This document shows positions 28,862-41,342 of a stretch of 64,000 bases of DNA, piece after piece. The notes beneath the pieces were generated by a model. That model saw only the letters and a program-made list of their open reading frames with translations. It did no database searches and was not told the origin of the DNA. Source of the DNA: the human T2T-CHM13v2.0 reference genome, Homo sapiens. Position 1 is the stretch's first letter, and the number at the start of each line of letters is the position of its first letter. Where the stretch lies: the NCBI RefSeq assembly GCF_009914755.1, contig NC_060932.1; one strand, given 5' to 3'. The translations under genes were made by a program, and so were the position numbers.

Positions 28862-29376
28862 ATCTTAGCCAATTAAAGGCTGACTAGAATAACCTTAGCT
28901 TAATCTAGGGCAATTTTCACACCATTCAGACAGCAGAAACTACATACACATATCCATGTACCCATCTGAACTTCTGTCATAATTTCTCAGTCTATCAATT
29001 TTAGCAGTGTGGCCAAATGTCAGTTTCTCTGGAATGCCAAAATAAGGGAATTTTGTTGTGGCTGTCCTATGAAAATGAAGCTCTGTCACAGAGAAGTGTG
29101 TGAGCCAAATCCAAATACTGAGTTTATTTTACTGTCCAAATAGAATATTTTCACCCCAGTGAAGCAATTGTAAGCATCTCATCCAAAGCATATTCACTAT
29201 CCTTGAGTATTCTTGGTTGCTTATTGAATGAATAAGTGAATGAGGTGGATTTGGCTGACACTAACCTTTGGGATTACCTCACAGCTTGCCAGTGGCAAGC
29301 TTAGTAAGTACTGGGCCATAGTGTTTGAGGATAGGTCTCTAGAGTCATATGTCTCTAAGTTCAAATGCTAGCCTCC

Positions 29377-29738
29377 TGTATTAGTCTGTTTTCATGCTGT
29401 TGATGAAGCCATACCCAAGACTGGGTAATTTACAAAATAAAGGGTTTTAATTGGACTTACAGTTCCACTTCACTGGGGAAGCCTCACAATCATGGTGGAA
29501 GGCAAGAAGGAGCAAGTCACATCTTACGTGGATGGCAGCAGACAGAAAGTATGAGAGCCAAGCAAAATGGATTTCCCCTTATGAAACCATCAGATCTTGT
29601 GAGACTTATTCACTACCATGAGAACAGTATGTGGAAAACTGCCCCCATGATTCAACTATCTCCCACTGGGTCCCTTCCACACACAACATGTGGGGATTCA
29701 AGATGAGATGTGGGTGGGGACACAGCCAAACCATATCA
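29377..29738 (-). mobile_element. THE1 (THE1B-like) solo LTR nested in a MIR
   Basis: tgtattagtc ... ccaaaccatatca; 5-bp TSD cctcc. Confidence 0.9.
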
Positions 29739-29887
29739 CCTCCTTTCCTAGTTGCTTGGTTTGGAAGAGTTATGTAATCTTTTTGAGCTTCAATTTCCTC
29801 ATCTATAAAATAGGGAAGATGCTAGTTACTCTCTTATAGGGTAGTTATGATTTATTTTATGTGAAATGTTTAGAATGGTCCATGCCA

Positions 29888-30085
29888 TGATGTACTGCAG
29901 TTGGTTTGTACTGGCTCACAATGACCAATAGTACACCTTTTTTCTGATTCTGCGAATCTTCCCATCCTCACATCCAGTGACATCATATTGGTAGTTTGAA
30001 ATTAATTGACCATGGTGAGAATATTTACACTACAGATATTTGCAAATACTATACAACAGGGGCTAGCTTGCCAGCACACCGTTGG
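29888..30085 (+). mobile_element. MER63A-like hAT element
   Basis: ggtttgtactggctc ... ccagcacaccgttg. Confidence 0.6.
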
Positions 30086-30849
30086 TTAGATGACATCCGT
30101 AAGTTCTGTATAAATCTTAACATTATTATTACTCAGTAGGTACTCCTGCTCCCTTATGGTTTTGAGAAGGCCTTCTTCTAGTTAAATAAATCATTTTGAA
30201 TTAAAATAACACTGATGGGACTCTTAGCAATGTTTTACCTCTTGGGAATCACTGCCTACATTTGTGGTCTATAAATCTGAATCCTTAATTCACTCGGATT
30301 GATTTTTGGCTCCGTGAAAGCAGGAGCTTTTCTCACTGCTGTAGCCCCCACACATGGCACAGGCCTGGGACAGAGTAAGCACTCATAAATATTTGTTAAG
30401 TGAAAAAATAAATGAATGAAAGTATCCCAAACACTTGCATTTTCAAAAGGTTTTGACATCCACTTCCTTTTCTTCTCAAAGCTACGCTTTGAGATGGATA
30501 GGTCCTATTTTACCTCTATTGCATCGATGAAGAAACTGCAATGCAAAGAAGTGTCTAATTAGTCATTTGCTTCCTTTCATCAAATATGTCCATTACACCA
30601 GTGTTTCTCAAAATGTGTTCCATAGATCATAAATCCTGAAGGATGTTAATAGTTATTATGTGCCAGGGGACCCGTGGATATATAAGTTTGGAAAATAGTG
30701 AAGTAAAAAAAAAAAAAAAAAAATTGGTTTACTTACTACAAGTTTTCTCAGAGCCTTATTAAGCCAATGTGCATTGTGAACACAGGAGGTAGTGGAGATA
30801 GTTAAAGTATGCAGCATTTTCTATTTTTGACTATAGTTTGCTTGATTGA

Positions 30850-31146
30850 TTTTTTTTTTTTTTTTTTAGACAGAATCTTGCTCTGTTGCCCAGGCTGGAG
30901 TGCAGTGGTCTGATCTCAGCTCACTGCAAGCTCCGCCTCCCGGGTTGACGCCATTCTCCTGCCTCGGCCTCCTGAGTAGCTGGGACTACAGTTGCCTGCT
31001 ACCACGCCCGGCTAATTTTTTGTATTTTTAGTAGAGATGAGGTTTCACCGTGTTAGCCAGGATGGTCTCGATCTCCTGATCTTGTGATCCGCCCGCCTCA
31101 GCCTCCCAAAGTGCTGGGATTACAGGCGTAAGCCACTGCGCCGGCC
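30850..31146 (-). mobile_element. AluY
   Basis: CpG-rich; TSD cttgattgatttt. Confidence 0.92.
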
Positions 31147-31199
31147 ACTTGATTGATTTTAAATGAAGCATCCAGCAGTGTTAGTGTGAAACTTCATTA

Positions 31200-31700
31200 G
31201 GTAGTACTTTTCAGACCTTAACTTGCATATGAATTGCCAAGGGAACTTACTAAAATGCAAATTCTGATTTAGGAGGGAAGAGTGCCTAGGGCAGGGACCT
31301 GAGATCCTACATTTCATCTTCTTTTTTCTTCTTTTATTTGAAACAAGGTCTCACTCTGTCACCCAGGCTGAGGTTCAGTGGCATGATCACAGCTCACTGG
31401 ATCCTCAAACTCCGTGGATCAGATGATCATCCCACCTCAACCTCCCAGGTAGCTGGGACTACAGGTGCATGCCACCACACCTAGCTAATTTTTTAATTTT
31501 TTTGTGGAGACGGGGTCTTGCTTTGTTGCCCAGTCTGATCTTGAACTCCTCAACTCAAGGCAATCCACCTGCTTCGGCCTCCCAAAGCTCTGGGATTACA
31601 GGCGTGAACCACCATGACTGGCCAGAGATCTTTTATGTCTAACAGGCTCTCAGAGGGTGCCCATGCTGCTGGCCCACAGGCCACACCTTGAATAGCAAGG
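31200..31700. mobile_element. MER5A (hAT-Charlie) split by an AluJ
   Basis: taaaatgcaaattctgatt before and ccacaccttgaatagcaagg after the Alu. Confidence 0.7.
31320..31624 (-). mobile_element. AluJ
   Basis: Diverged antisense dimer. Confidence 0.9.
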
Positions 31701-34700
31701 CACTAGAACATACAAGAGTCAAGAAGAAATGGCATCTTATTGAAAGACCAAATGAGAACACTAAAACACCCTATTGACCCTCAGGACCAGCTGTTAAAGA
31801 AGCATGTTGTTCAGAGGGGTGAGGAAATAAGGGACAAACCCCCATATGATGAGCAAGTAATGAAGGAACATAGAGCTAAACTAAATAGCTGGAGTAGGGC
31901 AGGTCTTTTCAGCTGAAGTCTAGGTGGTGAATTAATTAGTGAAGGGACACAGAGATGGCTAAAGGGACCCTTGATTGCTTTGTGGACCAAAATAGCTTCA
32001 TTTTTGTCATTAAAACCTAGGTTCAAGGAGAAGAGGGCAAGGCCCACTATTGGTTCAGACTTAGTTATTGTTTTCCTTCTCTATCCACAAACTCAAGTTC
32101 CATGAGTTACTAATTTTTTAAAAAACTTTTTAATTATTCAAAATGGAATATGAATGTTAGAAATTGGAAGGGAAAAATGGGGACTGACATAAAAAGAGGT
32201 TAGCCTGGGTCAGGTGAGGAAGTAACGCTATACAATGGATTCAGCTATTTAAAGGCTTCAGAAATGCTCGTATCTTTTACAGACTGATCTTCCTGACTTC
32301 ATCTGGTCCCTGCTCTGACCTGGAAACTTAGCTTGGGTACCTGTGTTTCTCCAGCAGTGGCTGTTCTCTGCTGGTGCCTTGTCCTAGCAGACTCTTCTCT
32401 CCTAGTTCCTTGGCAACAGTGTTCTAATAACCTTTGCGGGTCACACAGTTCCTAAGTGTGGAGCTGGGATTAGGCTAATGGAGGTGTTATAAGACTCTCC
32501 AACAATATATTCATCAATGATTCACTTCTACTAATTATAACTCGACATATTTTGGTAACTTATTGAAAGCAAAAAGGTTAATAACTCATGACTTCCTTGT
32601 AGGTCAAATCTTTGTCCGTGTAAAGCAATAATTTTGCCTAATTTTATATTTTTTCCCTTGCATTCTTTGGGTTAAGTTCATTTTGTCACTCCTGCTCTTT
32701 ATATTTGTATATTTATTTGTTCATCTTTCTATAATACTAGTTTAGATTATTCTCTAGCGATTACATTTTTTTAACCCAGAAAGGAAGTATTGTGTTTTTT
32801 ACTGAAGTTTAGATTGGTTGTCAGAACTCATAGATTTTATTTTACTTGTGTAGTCTTGTTCATGTTTTTGCATTTTTGTAGGTCTTGATGTTTTCTTTTA
32901 CTTAATTTTTTAAGCTTTTCTTATATTGCCTGTTTTGTTTCTTTTTATCTTTTTTCCCATGTACTAATACATACTTATTTTGTTTAAATTATATTCTTGA
33001 TTTCTGAACAATTAAAAAAAGAAATTATCCACCCTATATTTTTTAGTTACAAGTATGTTATGAAGCAGTATCTTTAATTTGAATAGAATTGAGTCCTTGC
33101 TAAGAAAAATGAATGAGATAAGGTATTTCATCTTCTGTTCACCACTCGTACCTGTGAAAGCCAAACAGCCTGACTTTTTATAGCTGTCAGTGATCAATAC
33201 TGAAGATATAATCTGTCATTACAAAGCAGCTGGCTTGGGCTTTGAAATGTAAACAGTGATAATTTATGAACGGGTTAGTCATTTTCCCATAAACATCTGC
33301 CCATGTACCCTGTGTTGTAATACATTCATGCTATTGCGTTCCTTGTCTGTTGTAACATTCGTTGATTAGTAAATATTTATAGATGTCTCTTGTAACAAAG
33401 TTTGGCTTTGGGCATGATCAGTTAAAAATAAATTTTAAAATATCATAAAACAACTATGTAGTGCCCAAGAAGACCTTAGAAAATATTCTTTTCTTCATGT
33501 TTCTGCCCTGTGTTGTATTGGTCTTGTCTTATCTGGTAGAATTGTCATACATGTCAAATGGGGAGCCTCATTATGATGAAAAATGAAACAAAGGGTGCTT
33601 TTTTTCCATTACCCTATACCCTGAAATAGCCAAAATATACACATATGGCACCAGAAGAACAGGGAGTTTGCCTTTTTCTAGCTTGTTTTAAAAGTGCAGT
33701 GCAGACAAGCTAAATCCAGCTGGGAATTCTGTGGGTCACACGCATTAGGCGGTGCAGAATTGAAACCTCTGTCTAGAGCAGACTCTCAGAAGATTTACAT
33801 GCAAGGTTAAGCTAGCATATTTTTGTTTGTGTTGCCTTAAATCTTCTCCTTTGAAGGTTATGATAGCTGCTCAGTGACTAAGTGGTTATTTTTTTAAATC
33901 AGTGATACATTCGTTGTTTAGAAGGTATCTAATACTTCTTGTCTTAATAAAAATGTTAATAACAGATGAAACTCTGTATATTAGCATATCTCAAGTGTAT
34001 AATCCTAGTTTGCTATTTACCCATCTGATTTGTGTAACATTATACTGTCATTTAAAATATACTTTTAAAGCCAGATTTTACATTTCAAGTTATCTTTAGT
34101 AATAACTCTCAGTACACTCACTTGTAAATAGTTGCTATAAACTATTCACTTGTAAATAGTTGCTTTTCAGACTGTAAAAATATATTTACTCATCCCTGTA
34201 AGCTTAAATTTTGCAGCTAATTACTATTTTCTGATACTTTATGTATATATACATATATTTTTTCTTGAAAATTATTTCCAAAAATAATTATTTAAATGCA
34301 AATCATAACAATAAATGAAAACATTTAAAACACGTACTTATTTTTGTAATTGCCATTCTAAATAATTTAATCAAAATACCCCCATTCTGATTTCTTTCCC
34401 ATTCATCTTTTCCAAGAAGTTAAGAACCTGAATTTTAAAAAACACTGTACCCAAGCAGCAAAACTGTGCCAAACTTGAAAGGCCGACCCCACCTTTTGGC
34501 TCTATTGACCCTAATACTTTTCCAATTAAAGAAAAACTTAACAAAAAATAGAATGCAATGACTACTTTAAGCCACTTGGCACTTTGGGGCTTTATTCTGT
34601 TTTCAAACTGGCATATGATAATTGAATTTTCTTGGGGAAAACTCAAAGCAGCAATCCAGCTTTTTCGAGATACTCCACTTGATGAATCTCCACTCCCAAA

Positions 34701-35282
34701 GAACATCAGTGAAGCCCTCGTGGTATTATCTTTGTTAACAAAGAGTCACCACATTTTGATGATTCTCATTCTAAGTGCTAAGACTTAAAATGGCAATATA
34801 AAACATAGCTCAAAATGTTTTAGTAGAACTTAGCTTTATCTCTTGTTGACTTTTCTTTACAGTTAAAAAATATAGAAACCACTTTAAAAGCATGCAAAAA
34901 AAAGCATGTCCCATAAGCAATTTACTTCATATTGTGAAATTAACATGTTCCATATTTCAAAGGTTTGACAAAGCTCTGTGCGTTGTCATTGACTAATTGA
35001 TGGAAACTTTCAAAATCTCTGATCCTCTGGCTGGTTATTTACTGACAGTGTCCTTTATGGGCTTGTGTCTTCTGCATTTCAAGGACTCATGTGGCAGCAT
35101 AGAAACAAAGGATGTTAAAAGGTACAGTCAGATCCTGCACACTGGGTGTTAAGTTTACAGTAATTTGGATGAGTGAAGGGCCATTTCATTATCTTATCAA
35201 CTGAGAAGGAATGGCAGAGCTGACCACTAGACTGGGATGCTATAGAGGTTTTAGGGGCACAACTTGGTTTTATACTTGGGAA

Positions 35283-35825
35283 TGAGACAGGAGTTCAGCA
35301 GGACTTGTTTCACAAGATACGAATCACAAAGACCTTGCTGGTAAAACAGGATGCAATAAAGAAGCCAGCCAAAATCTGCCAAAACCAAGATGGCAACAAA
35401 AGTGACTTCTGGTCATCCTCACTGCTCATTATATGCTAATTATAATACATTAGCATACTAAAGGAAGAGCCCACTGGTGTCACAACAGTTTACAAATGCC
35501 ATGGTAACATCTGGAAGTTAACCTATATGGTCTTTCAGTGGGAGGAGCCCTCAGTTCTGGGAATCCCCTGCTCCTTTCTCAGGAAACTCATGAATAATCC
35601 ACCCCTTATTTATCATATGATCAAGAAATAACCATAAAAATAGCCAATCAGCAGCCCTTAGGGCTGCACTGCCTATAGAGTAACCACTCTTTTATTCCTT
35701 TACTTTTTAATAAACTTGCTTTCACTTTACTCTATTGGCTTGCTCTTGAATTTTTTCCTGCAGAAAGCCAAAAACCCACGTGGCCTCCTGGGGTGAGTCC
35801 CACTTTCAGCATTTGCCCTGCGACA
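35283..35825 (+). mobile_element. MER41-family ERV1 solo LTR
   Basis: TG...CA ends; aaaccaagatggc, ttatatgctaattataat, cagtttacaaatgccatgg, aataaacttgctttcacttt. Confidence 0.88.
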
Positions 35826-36318
35826 AGTAAAAAGACTATTTGATTTAATAAATCCTCCATCTTATTTAAATTTGGGTGATTTTAGCATATTTATAATTGG
35901 GAAAGTTTTCAAAGTGATACAGGATGGTGATAAATGCACACATGTTTACAATTCAGTATTACAGCTCTCCAAGAGTTTTCTGGTTTCTTTTACCACACTC
36001 AGAATTTGAAAGGCAACCATCTGGGTCATGAAGATGCTTGCTGATCAACTGCTGGGGTAGAAGAGACTGCTGCAGTAGAAGAGACTTTAAGTCCCTTGCT
36101 GAAGACTGCAGTCTGGCTTACTGGTTTTAGTTATTTGCACTACCTAACCTGTATCTCAAGGACTGTGGACACCATACAACATCACAGAAAACTTGATGCT
36201 TGGAGGTTTATCGGATTATGAAAGATGTTGTGTCTGCCTGTGGTATCCTGAAAGTACAGATACCTGCAGTCTTGAACCTCAACTTCTGGATTATTTCGAT
36301 TATGAATTCTTTAGACAG

Positions 36319-36627
36319 TTTTTTTTCTTTTTCTTTTTTATTTTTGAGACAGGGACTTGCTCTGTTGTCCAGGCTGGAGTGCAGTGGTGCAATAACGGCT
36401 CACTGAAGCCTTGACCCCGCTGAGTTCAAGTGATCCTCCTATTTCAGCCTGTTGAGTAGCTGGGACTACAGGTGCCTGCCACCATGACAGGCTATTTTTA
36501 AAATTTTTGTAGATATGGGGTCTCACTGTATTGCCCAGACTGGTCTCGAACCCCAGGACTCAAGCAATCCTCCCACCGTGGTCTCCCAAAGTGTTGGGAT
36601 CATAGACATGAGCCACTTCCCCTGGCC
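36319..36627 (-). mobile_element. AluJ inside the ZC3H14 retrocopy
   Basis: TSD ttagacagtttt. Confidence 0.9.
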
Positions 36628-37213
36628 TTAGACAGTTTTGGTTCCTTCAGAATTAATGATCTGCATCTGCAAGGCATATGGATCTCCACTGATTTACAGG
36701 GGGTTTGCCATTACTGAGTTGACTTGTAGACAGAAAAACAAACTGCCTTTGTTGAGCCATTTGACTTTTCCTCATATTTTTCCCTTTTGTGAAAGACCTT
36801 AACTGAGGATCCCTGCTTTGCCTCTGGAATATGCCTGCAGTAATGTTTGTTGAGAAATCTGAGTTTGGGAGTAACTGTTCCTGTGGGGCTGTAGAAGCTG
36901 GTTGTCATTCTAATAGATTCCTGAGCCTTGATATTGCTTCAAATTAGATTGTTGCAAGTTTAGAAGGTGCAGGTGAAGTTTTCCTTTCAGGTTTTGCTGG
37001 TACTGACACAAGCACAGACATGCTGCCCATGAGTGATAATCTCCGTCTTCTTCATCCTCTTCTCCATGAATTTTTAAAACAACCTAAATTACCACTGATA
37101 ACTGTCTCTTCTGAGAGTTTTCTCCCTCAATACTTATTTTTTTCAGACTTGGTTCTGGAGAGCGGATTATGTCTTATTTAAGCTATTAAGTATTTCTGAT
37201 TCACATAAAAGTA

Positions 37214-37293
37214 TAGTGTTCCTCCCTTTTCTGTGGGGGGATACGTTCCAAGACCCCTAGTGGATGCCTGAAAGCATGAATAGCACCGAACCC

Positions 37294-37325
<32 letters not shown>

Positions 37326-37596
37326 TATATATACTATGTTTTCTCACATACATACATACATACATACATACATACTTATAATAAAGTTTAGTTTACAAAT
37401 CAGGCACAAAAAGAAATAATAATAACAACTAATAATAAAATAGGGCAATTATATAACAATATACTAAATTTATGTGACTGTAGTCCCTTACTGTCAAAAT
37501 ATCTTATTGTACTGTACTCACCTATTTTCTGATCGTGGTAGACCGCTGATAAGTGAAACTTTAGAAAGAGAAACTAGGGATAACGGAGGACTACCG
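37214..37596 (+). mobile_element. MER44 (TcMar-Tigger) inside the ZC3H14 retrocopy
   Basis: ggggatacgttccaagacccctagtggatgcctgaaa; TA on both flanks; internal (TA)n and (TACA)n. Confidence 0.8.
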
Positions 37597-37842
37597 TACC
37601 ACTTCATACACCTGTTTTGTGCATCTATTTATTGGCAGCCTGTATTATCTGAAGCGATTGAAATGGAAACTTTTTAAATAAGTGCCACCATCTGCCTTTG
37701 GACTTGCGATATTAAATCTCAATAGAAAGAGGAGCAGAAGCATAGGTTAATGTCGCTGTAGGTTTTCCTGAGATGAGAGATCCTCCTGCACACAAGGGAG
37801 GTCTCAATGAGGTCTTCTGGTTCCAGCTCAATATCAATTACA

Positions 37843-37856
37843 CCCCTAGAGGGCGC
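37843..37856 (+). promoter_or_regulatory. Candidate CTCF site
   Basis: CCCCTAGAGGGCGC, close to the CCASYAGRKGGCRS consensus. Confidence 0.6.
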
Positions 37857-38369
37857 TGTTTCCCTCAGCGGTTTCCTTGATGTTTGCAGCTCAGGATCGT
37901 GCCTCCTTTTGCCTCCTAGCTGGACACCTTTCGTAGGGTGTCTGGAGCTGGAAATGGCAAGGGGTAGCCCACATCTTCCTGTCTTCTGTCGTCTCCTATC
38001 ACTTCACTAAAACTAACAAGCAAAATCAGAGCCAAATGACAAGACGACTTGCTTCAGATTCTAGGAATCAGCCCAGTTCAGTTCACTCTGTGGCTTCATG
38101 ATGGGTTAAATTTCATGATGGGTTAAACAACTTCACTCATCTATACCTTCAACAATTGTGCCATAAGTCTGAAGTCTATGACTCAGGCTTCCTGACTTCA
38201 GTGTCTGATCACTTGTTTTTATTATGTTTGTGGTGTCCCATGTCCCTTAACCTTAAAATGCACTTACCTATGAATGTTACATTGCAGGTATCCACTCAGT
38301 AACCTCTGAAGTATAAAGTCAATGAAGAAAGGGTGCTCTTTTGTCCGATTCTTATTTAAGAGATAGTAT

Positions 38370-38600
38370 AGCTTTGTATTAAGAACACAAAATCTAGAAG
38401 CAGACTGCCTGAGTTTACATCTCAGCAATGTGACCTCGAACAAGCTACTCAGCCTAGAAGTGTCATGATTTGTTTTACAAAACAAGGATGATAATTATCA
38501 TAGCGCCTACCACATAGGTTTTGAGAATCAAGTGAGTTAGTACATAGTGCTTGGAACAGTGCCTGATACACAGTAAACTTCATAAGCCTTTTCTTTTTGT
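38370..38600 (+). mobile_element. MIR
   Basis: tgtgacctcgaacaagctact ... gaacagtgcctgatacacagtaa. Confidence 0.65.
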
Positions 38601-40384
38601 TATTATTTAATGTGCTCACATCAAAATGTCCAAAATGGTTAAAAAATATTCATTGATGATGATTTACTCTGACTAGCAAGGAGTTGGTGCTCCATCAATG
38701 TTTAATGAATTGAGTCTAAAGCAAAAATAAAGATGACAAAAGTGCTGAAACATTTTAATCAAAATTTTCTCTAAATGTAAGGTTTTTATTTTACTACACA
38801 CATTCCAGGATTTGTTTGGCTAAGGGGATTCAGAAGTACCTGGGAGCTTCAATTTATATCAAGCTGCTAATTAATTAACTTCCAAAGAAATTCCATGGGT
38901 AATTGGTATGATATGAAAATCCTAGTGTGCTTTGTAACCCCCTTTATCTCAGGTAAATCAGTTTCCTTGAACACATTGCAATAGCGTTTACTGAGTTAGG
39001 TACTCTGTATGCGTGTGGTTGTCCAATTCTACCAACACCATAAAGAATATATTCTATCATCATCATTTTAGAGAGGAGGACATATGCCCAGAGTCACTCA
39101 ACCAACAGGAATTAGAGTCAGTACGAAGGCACAAGTTGTCTTCCTGCAAAACACAAACCTTTCAATTGTCCATGCTAATCATAGTTAACGATCATTAAAA
39201 CAACAGCCCAGATTGAACTGGTGGGAATAAAAAGGCAGGAAAGTGGTGTTTAATGCTTCTTCCACCACTTAGAGGCAAGTCATTTAACTTCTCTAGGACA
39301 CAGTATCAACAGAAAAAGGACACTAAACCACTTTTCTGAGGCAAACTGAGCCAGTTTTCTTGCAGTCTCTTTCAGGTCCATGGTATTTATTATTTTCACT
39401 GATTTCTCTTATTTGTGTATTTGTATTTGTTGAGCATCTGTTATGTGCAAGGCACAGTGCTGGAAGCTCCACAAAATGAAAAAAAAATGAAATAGGATGT
39501 AATTCTTTGCCTCCTTTGAGACTACTGGTGATAATGACCCATAAAGCTCGGGGAGTCTACCCTTTAGTTAGGGGAGGACACGTGGCAAGTCATAGTCACC
39601 ATAATAGGCTGCAGTAGCAGAGGAGAAGTGCAGTCTGTGCCAGTTCCGAGGAGGCAGGAAGCATAATGAGTGGGGACCATTAGGAAAATACTTCAAGGTG
39701 GAGATGCCATTTAAACTGAGCTTTAAGAGTTAGAGAGGGGACATTCTGGCTGGAAGAGAATAGAGTTGGCTGTAGGGAGATGGGAAAACATAGTGTCTTC
39801 ATGAAACAATGGTCTTCCAATTTGGATGAAATGAAGAATGCTGGAAGATAAAGCTAATTTAGATTGAGAAGGCAGGTTAAGAGGATTAGTTTGCTTATGA
39901 AGAAAGAGAAAATCTTTAAGCTTTTTAGATGGGTGTGAAGGCTTAGAGCTCCACTTTAGGAAGATTAACTCAACTTAGTATGTTGAGTCCTTTCGAGTCT
40001 AGGAGCTTGAGAGAATCCTGGTACCACTGATGGGAAATAGGAAGTCCAGAGGAGTTGGTTTGTTTCTCTTACCACCAAATTCAGGTTTCTATGTATTTAA
40101 TTTGAAGAACTGTAGAAATGTTGGACTGGACTTTAGGAGAAGGAGCAGAAGTGAGGAAAGAGAGGAAACAGAGCCAGGTACAGACCTCAGGGATGTACAC
40201 ATGGAGTTAGTTGGCAGGAAAGAGAAGCCAGTCGAGAAAGAGAGAAGCAGCAATCAGTGGAAACAGTGGAAAAGCAGTTCTGTGTTTGGGGGTAAAGGAG
40301 AAAGAACTGCAGAAATAAATGAACACCACTAAATTGTAAGCTTCTTGAGAGTACAGGTTGGTGACATTGTTGTAAGACAATCTG

Positions 40385-40390
40385 TTTATT
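40385..40390 (-). terminator. TRPA1: Distal poly(A) signal AATAAA
   Basis: tttatt on + strand, about 1.64 kb past the stop. Confidence 0.65.
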
Positions 40391-41336
40391 TAAATATTTC
40401 GCATGACAGGCATGGTACAGTGTTTCTCACATTCTTGGCACTCAGTGAATGTTGACTGAGATCTATATTGTGCAATGCTACACAAGGTTTGAGGAGAGGG
40501 AAGACTGAAAAGACCCCTTGTCTTTATGATCAGGAGATCTTTGGATATTGCTTCTGTATAGTGATTTTCCACCCTTTCTGTTTTAAGAAATATAAAGAAC
40601 AAAGATATTATTCATATCAAAGATTAAGGTATATGCAACATTGCCTCTAGGCCATGTGTTCTGTTGGACCATGAATGTAAAAGTGTCTGGTTTTGTAATA
40701 GTACATATCGTCCCTCAGCACTCTGCTGGTTTGTATGAACATCAGTATGTTTGAGAATGAGTGCAGGAAGGTGGAGGTAACCAAGCTGTCCATCTCTAGA
40801 AAAGTCCAGTGTGGTGGGTGGGTGGGTGCACACAATGAAATAGTAAGCCACACCAAAGGCCCCGTACTAGATGGAATACAGTAACACAGTTGTATCTTGT
40901 AAACATCATGTCCAGTAAAAAGGAGTAACAAATAGAAATGAGTAGAAAAAATAGGAAATAAGTGAGAATTATAAGAGAAATAAGAAGCAAAAACAGAAAT
41001 AGAAGCTATAGCATAATAACATCTGTGTAAATAATAACAGACTCAAAACAACACTGTACAACATAACACAAGGACACATACATAGCCAAAGACATATTCA
41101 TTACAGTGAATATCTCCTGGGGGTAGTGAGGGAATAAACATGCTAATCAGGATGATGGAGAAAATCAGACAAAACAATAGAAGGACCTTGAAAAGATTAA
41201 TGATGAGGTATGTGATTAATTCATGATTTGAGTAGACATCAAAAGAAAAAAGGGAATATGTGATGGAGCCATGTTTTTTTCAAATCTCAAACAAAGGCTC
41301 ATACAATAATCACAGGGATACTATATAGGTTTTACA

Positions 41337-41342
41337 TTTATT
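41337..41342 (-). terminator. TRPA1: Proximal poly(A) signal AATAAA
   Basis: tttatt on + strand; GU-rich downstream element (CCTTTGTTTGAGATTTG) about 40 nt 3' on the minus strand. Confidence 0.65.

Larger units (their letters stand above)
33890..38070 (-). pseudogene. Ancient processed pseudogene of ZC3H14 (5'-truncated CDS plus 3' UTR), interrupted by MER44, AluJ and MER41
   Basis: Manual minus-strand translation gives colinear, intronless, frameshifted matches to recalled ZC3H14: [122 protein letters not shown]-like part about 35050-38070; edges approximate. Confidence 0.88.

Noticed and set aside
36711-36908. 65-aa ORF inside the ZC3H14 retrocopy as a functional retrogene
   Set aside because: Mostly out of the parental frame; the retrocopy has many stops, frameshifts and TE insertions.
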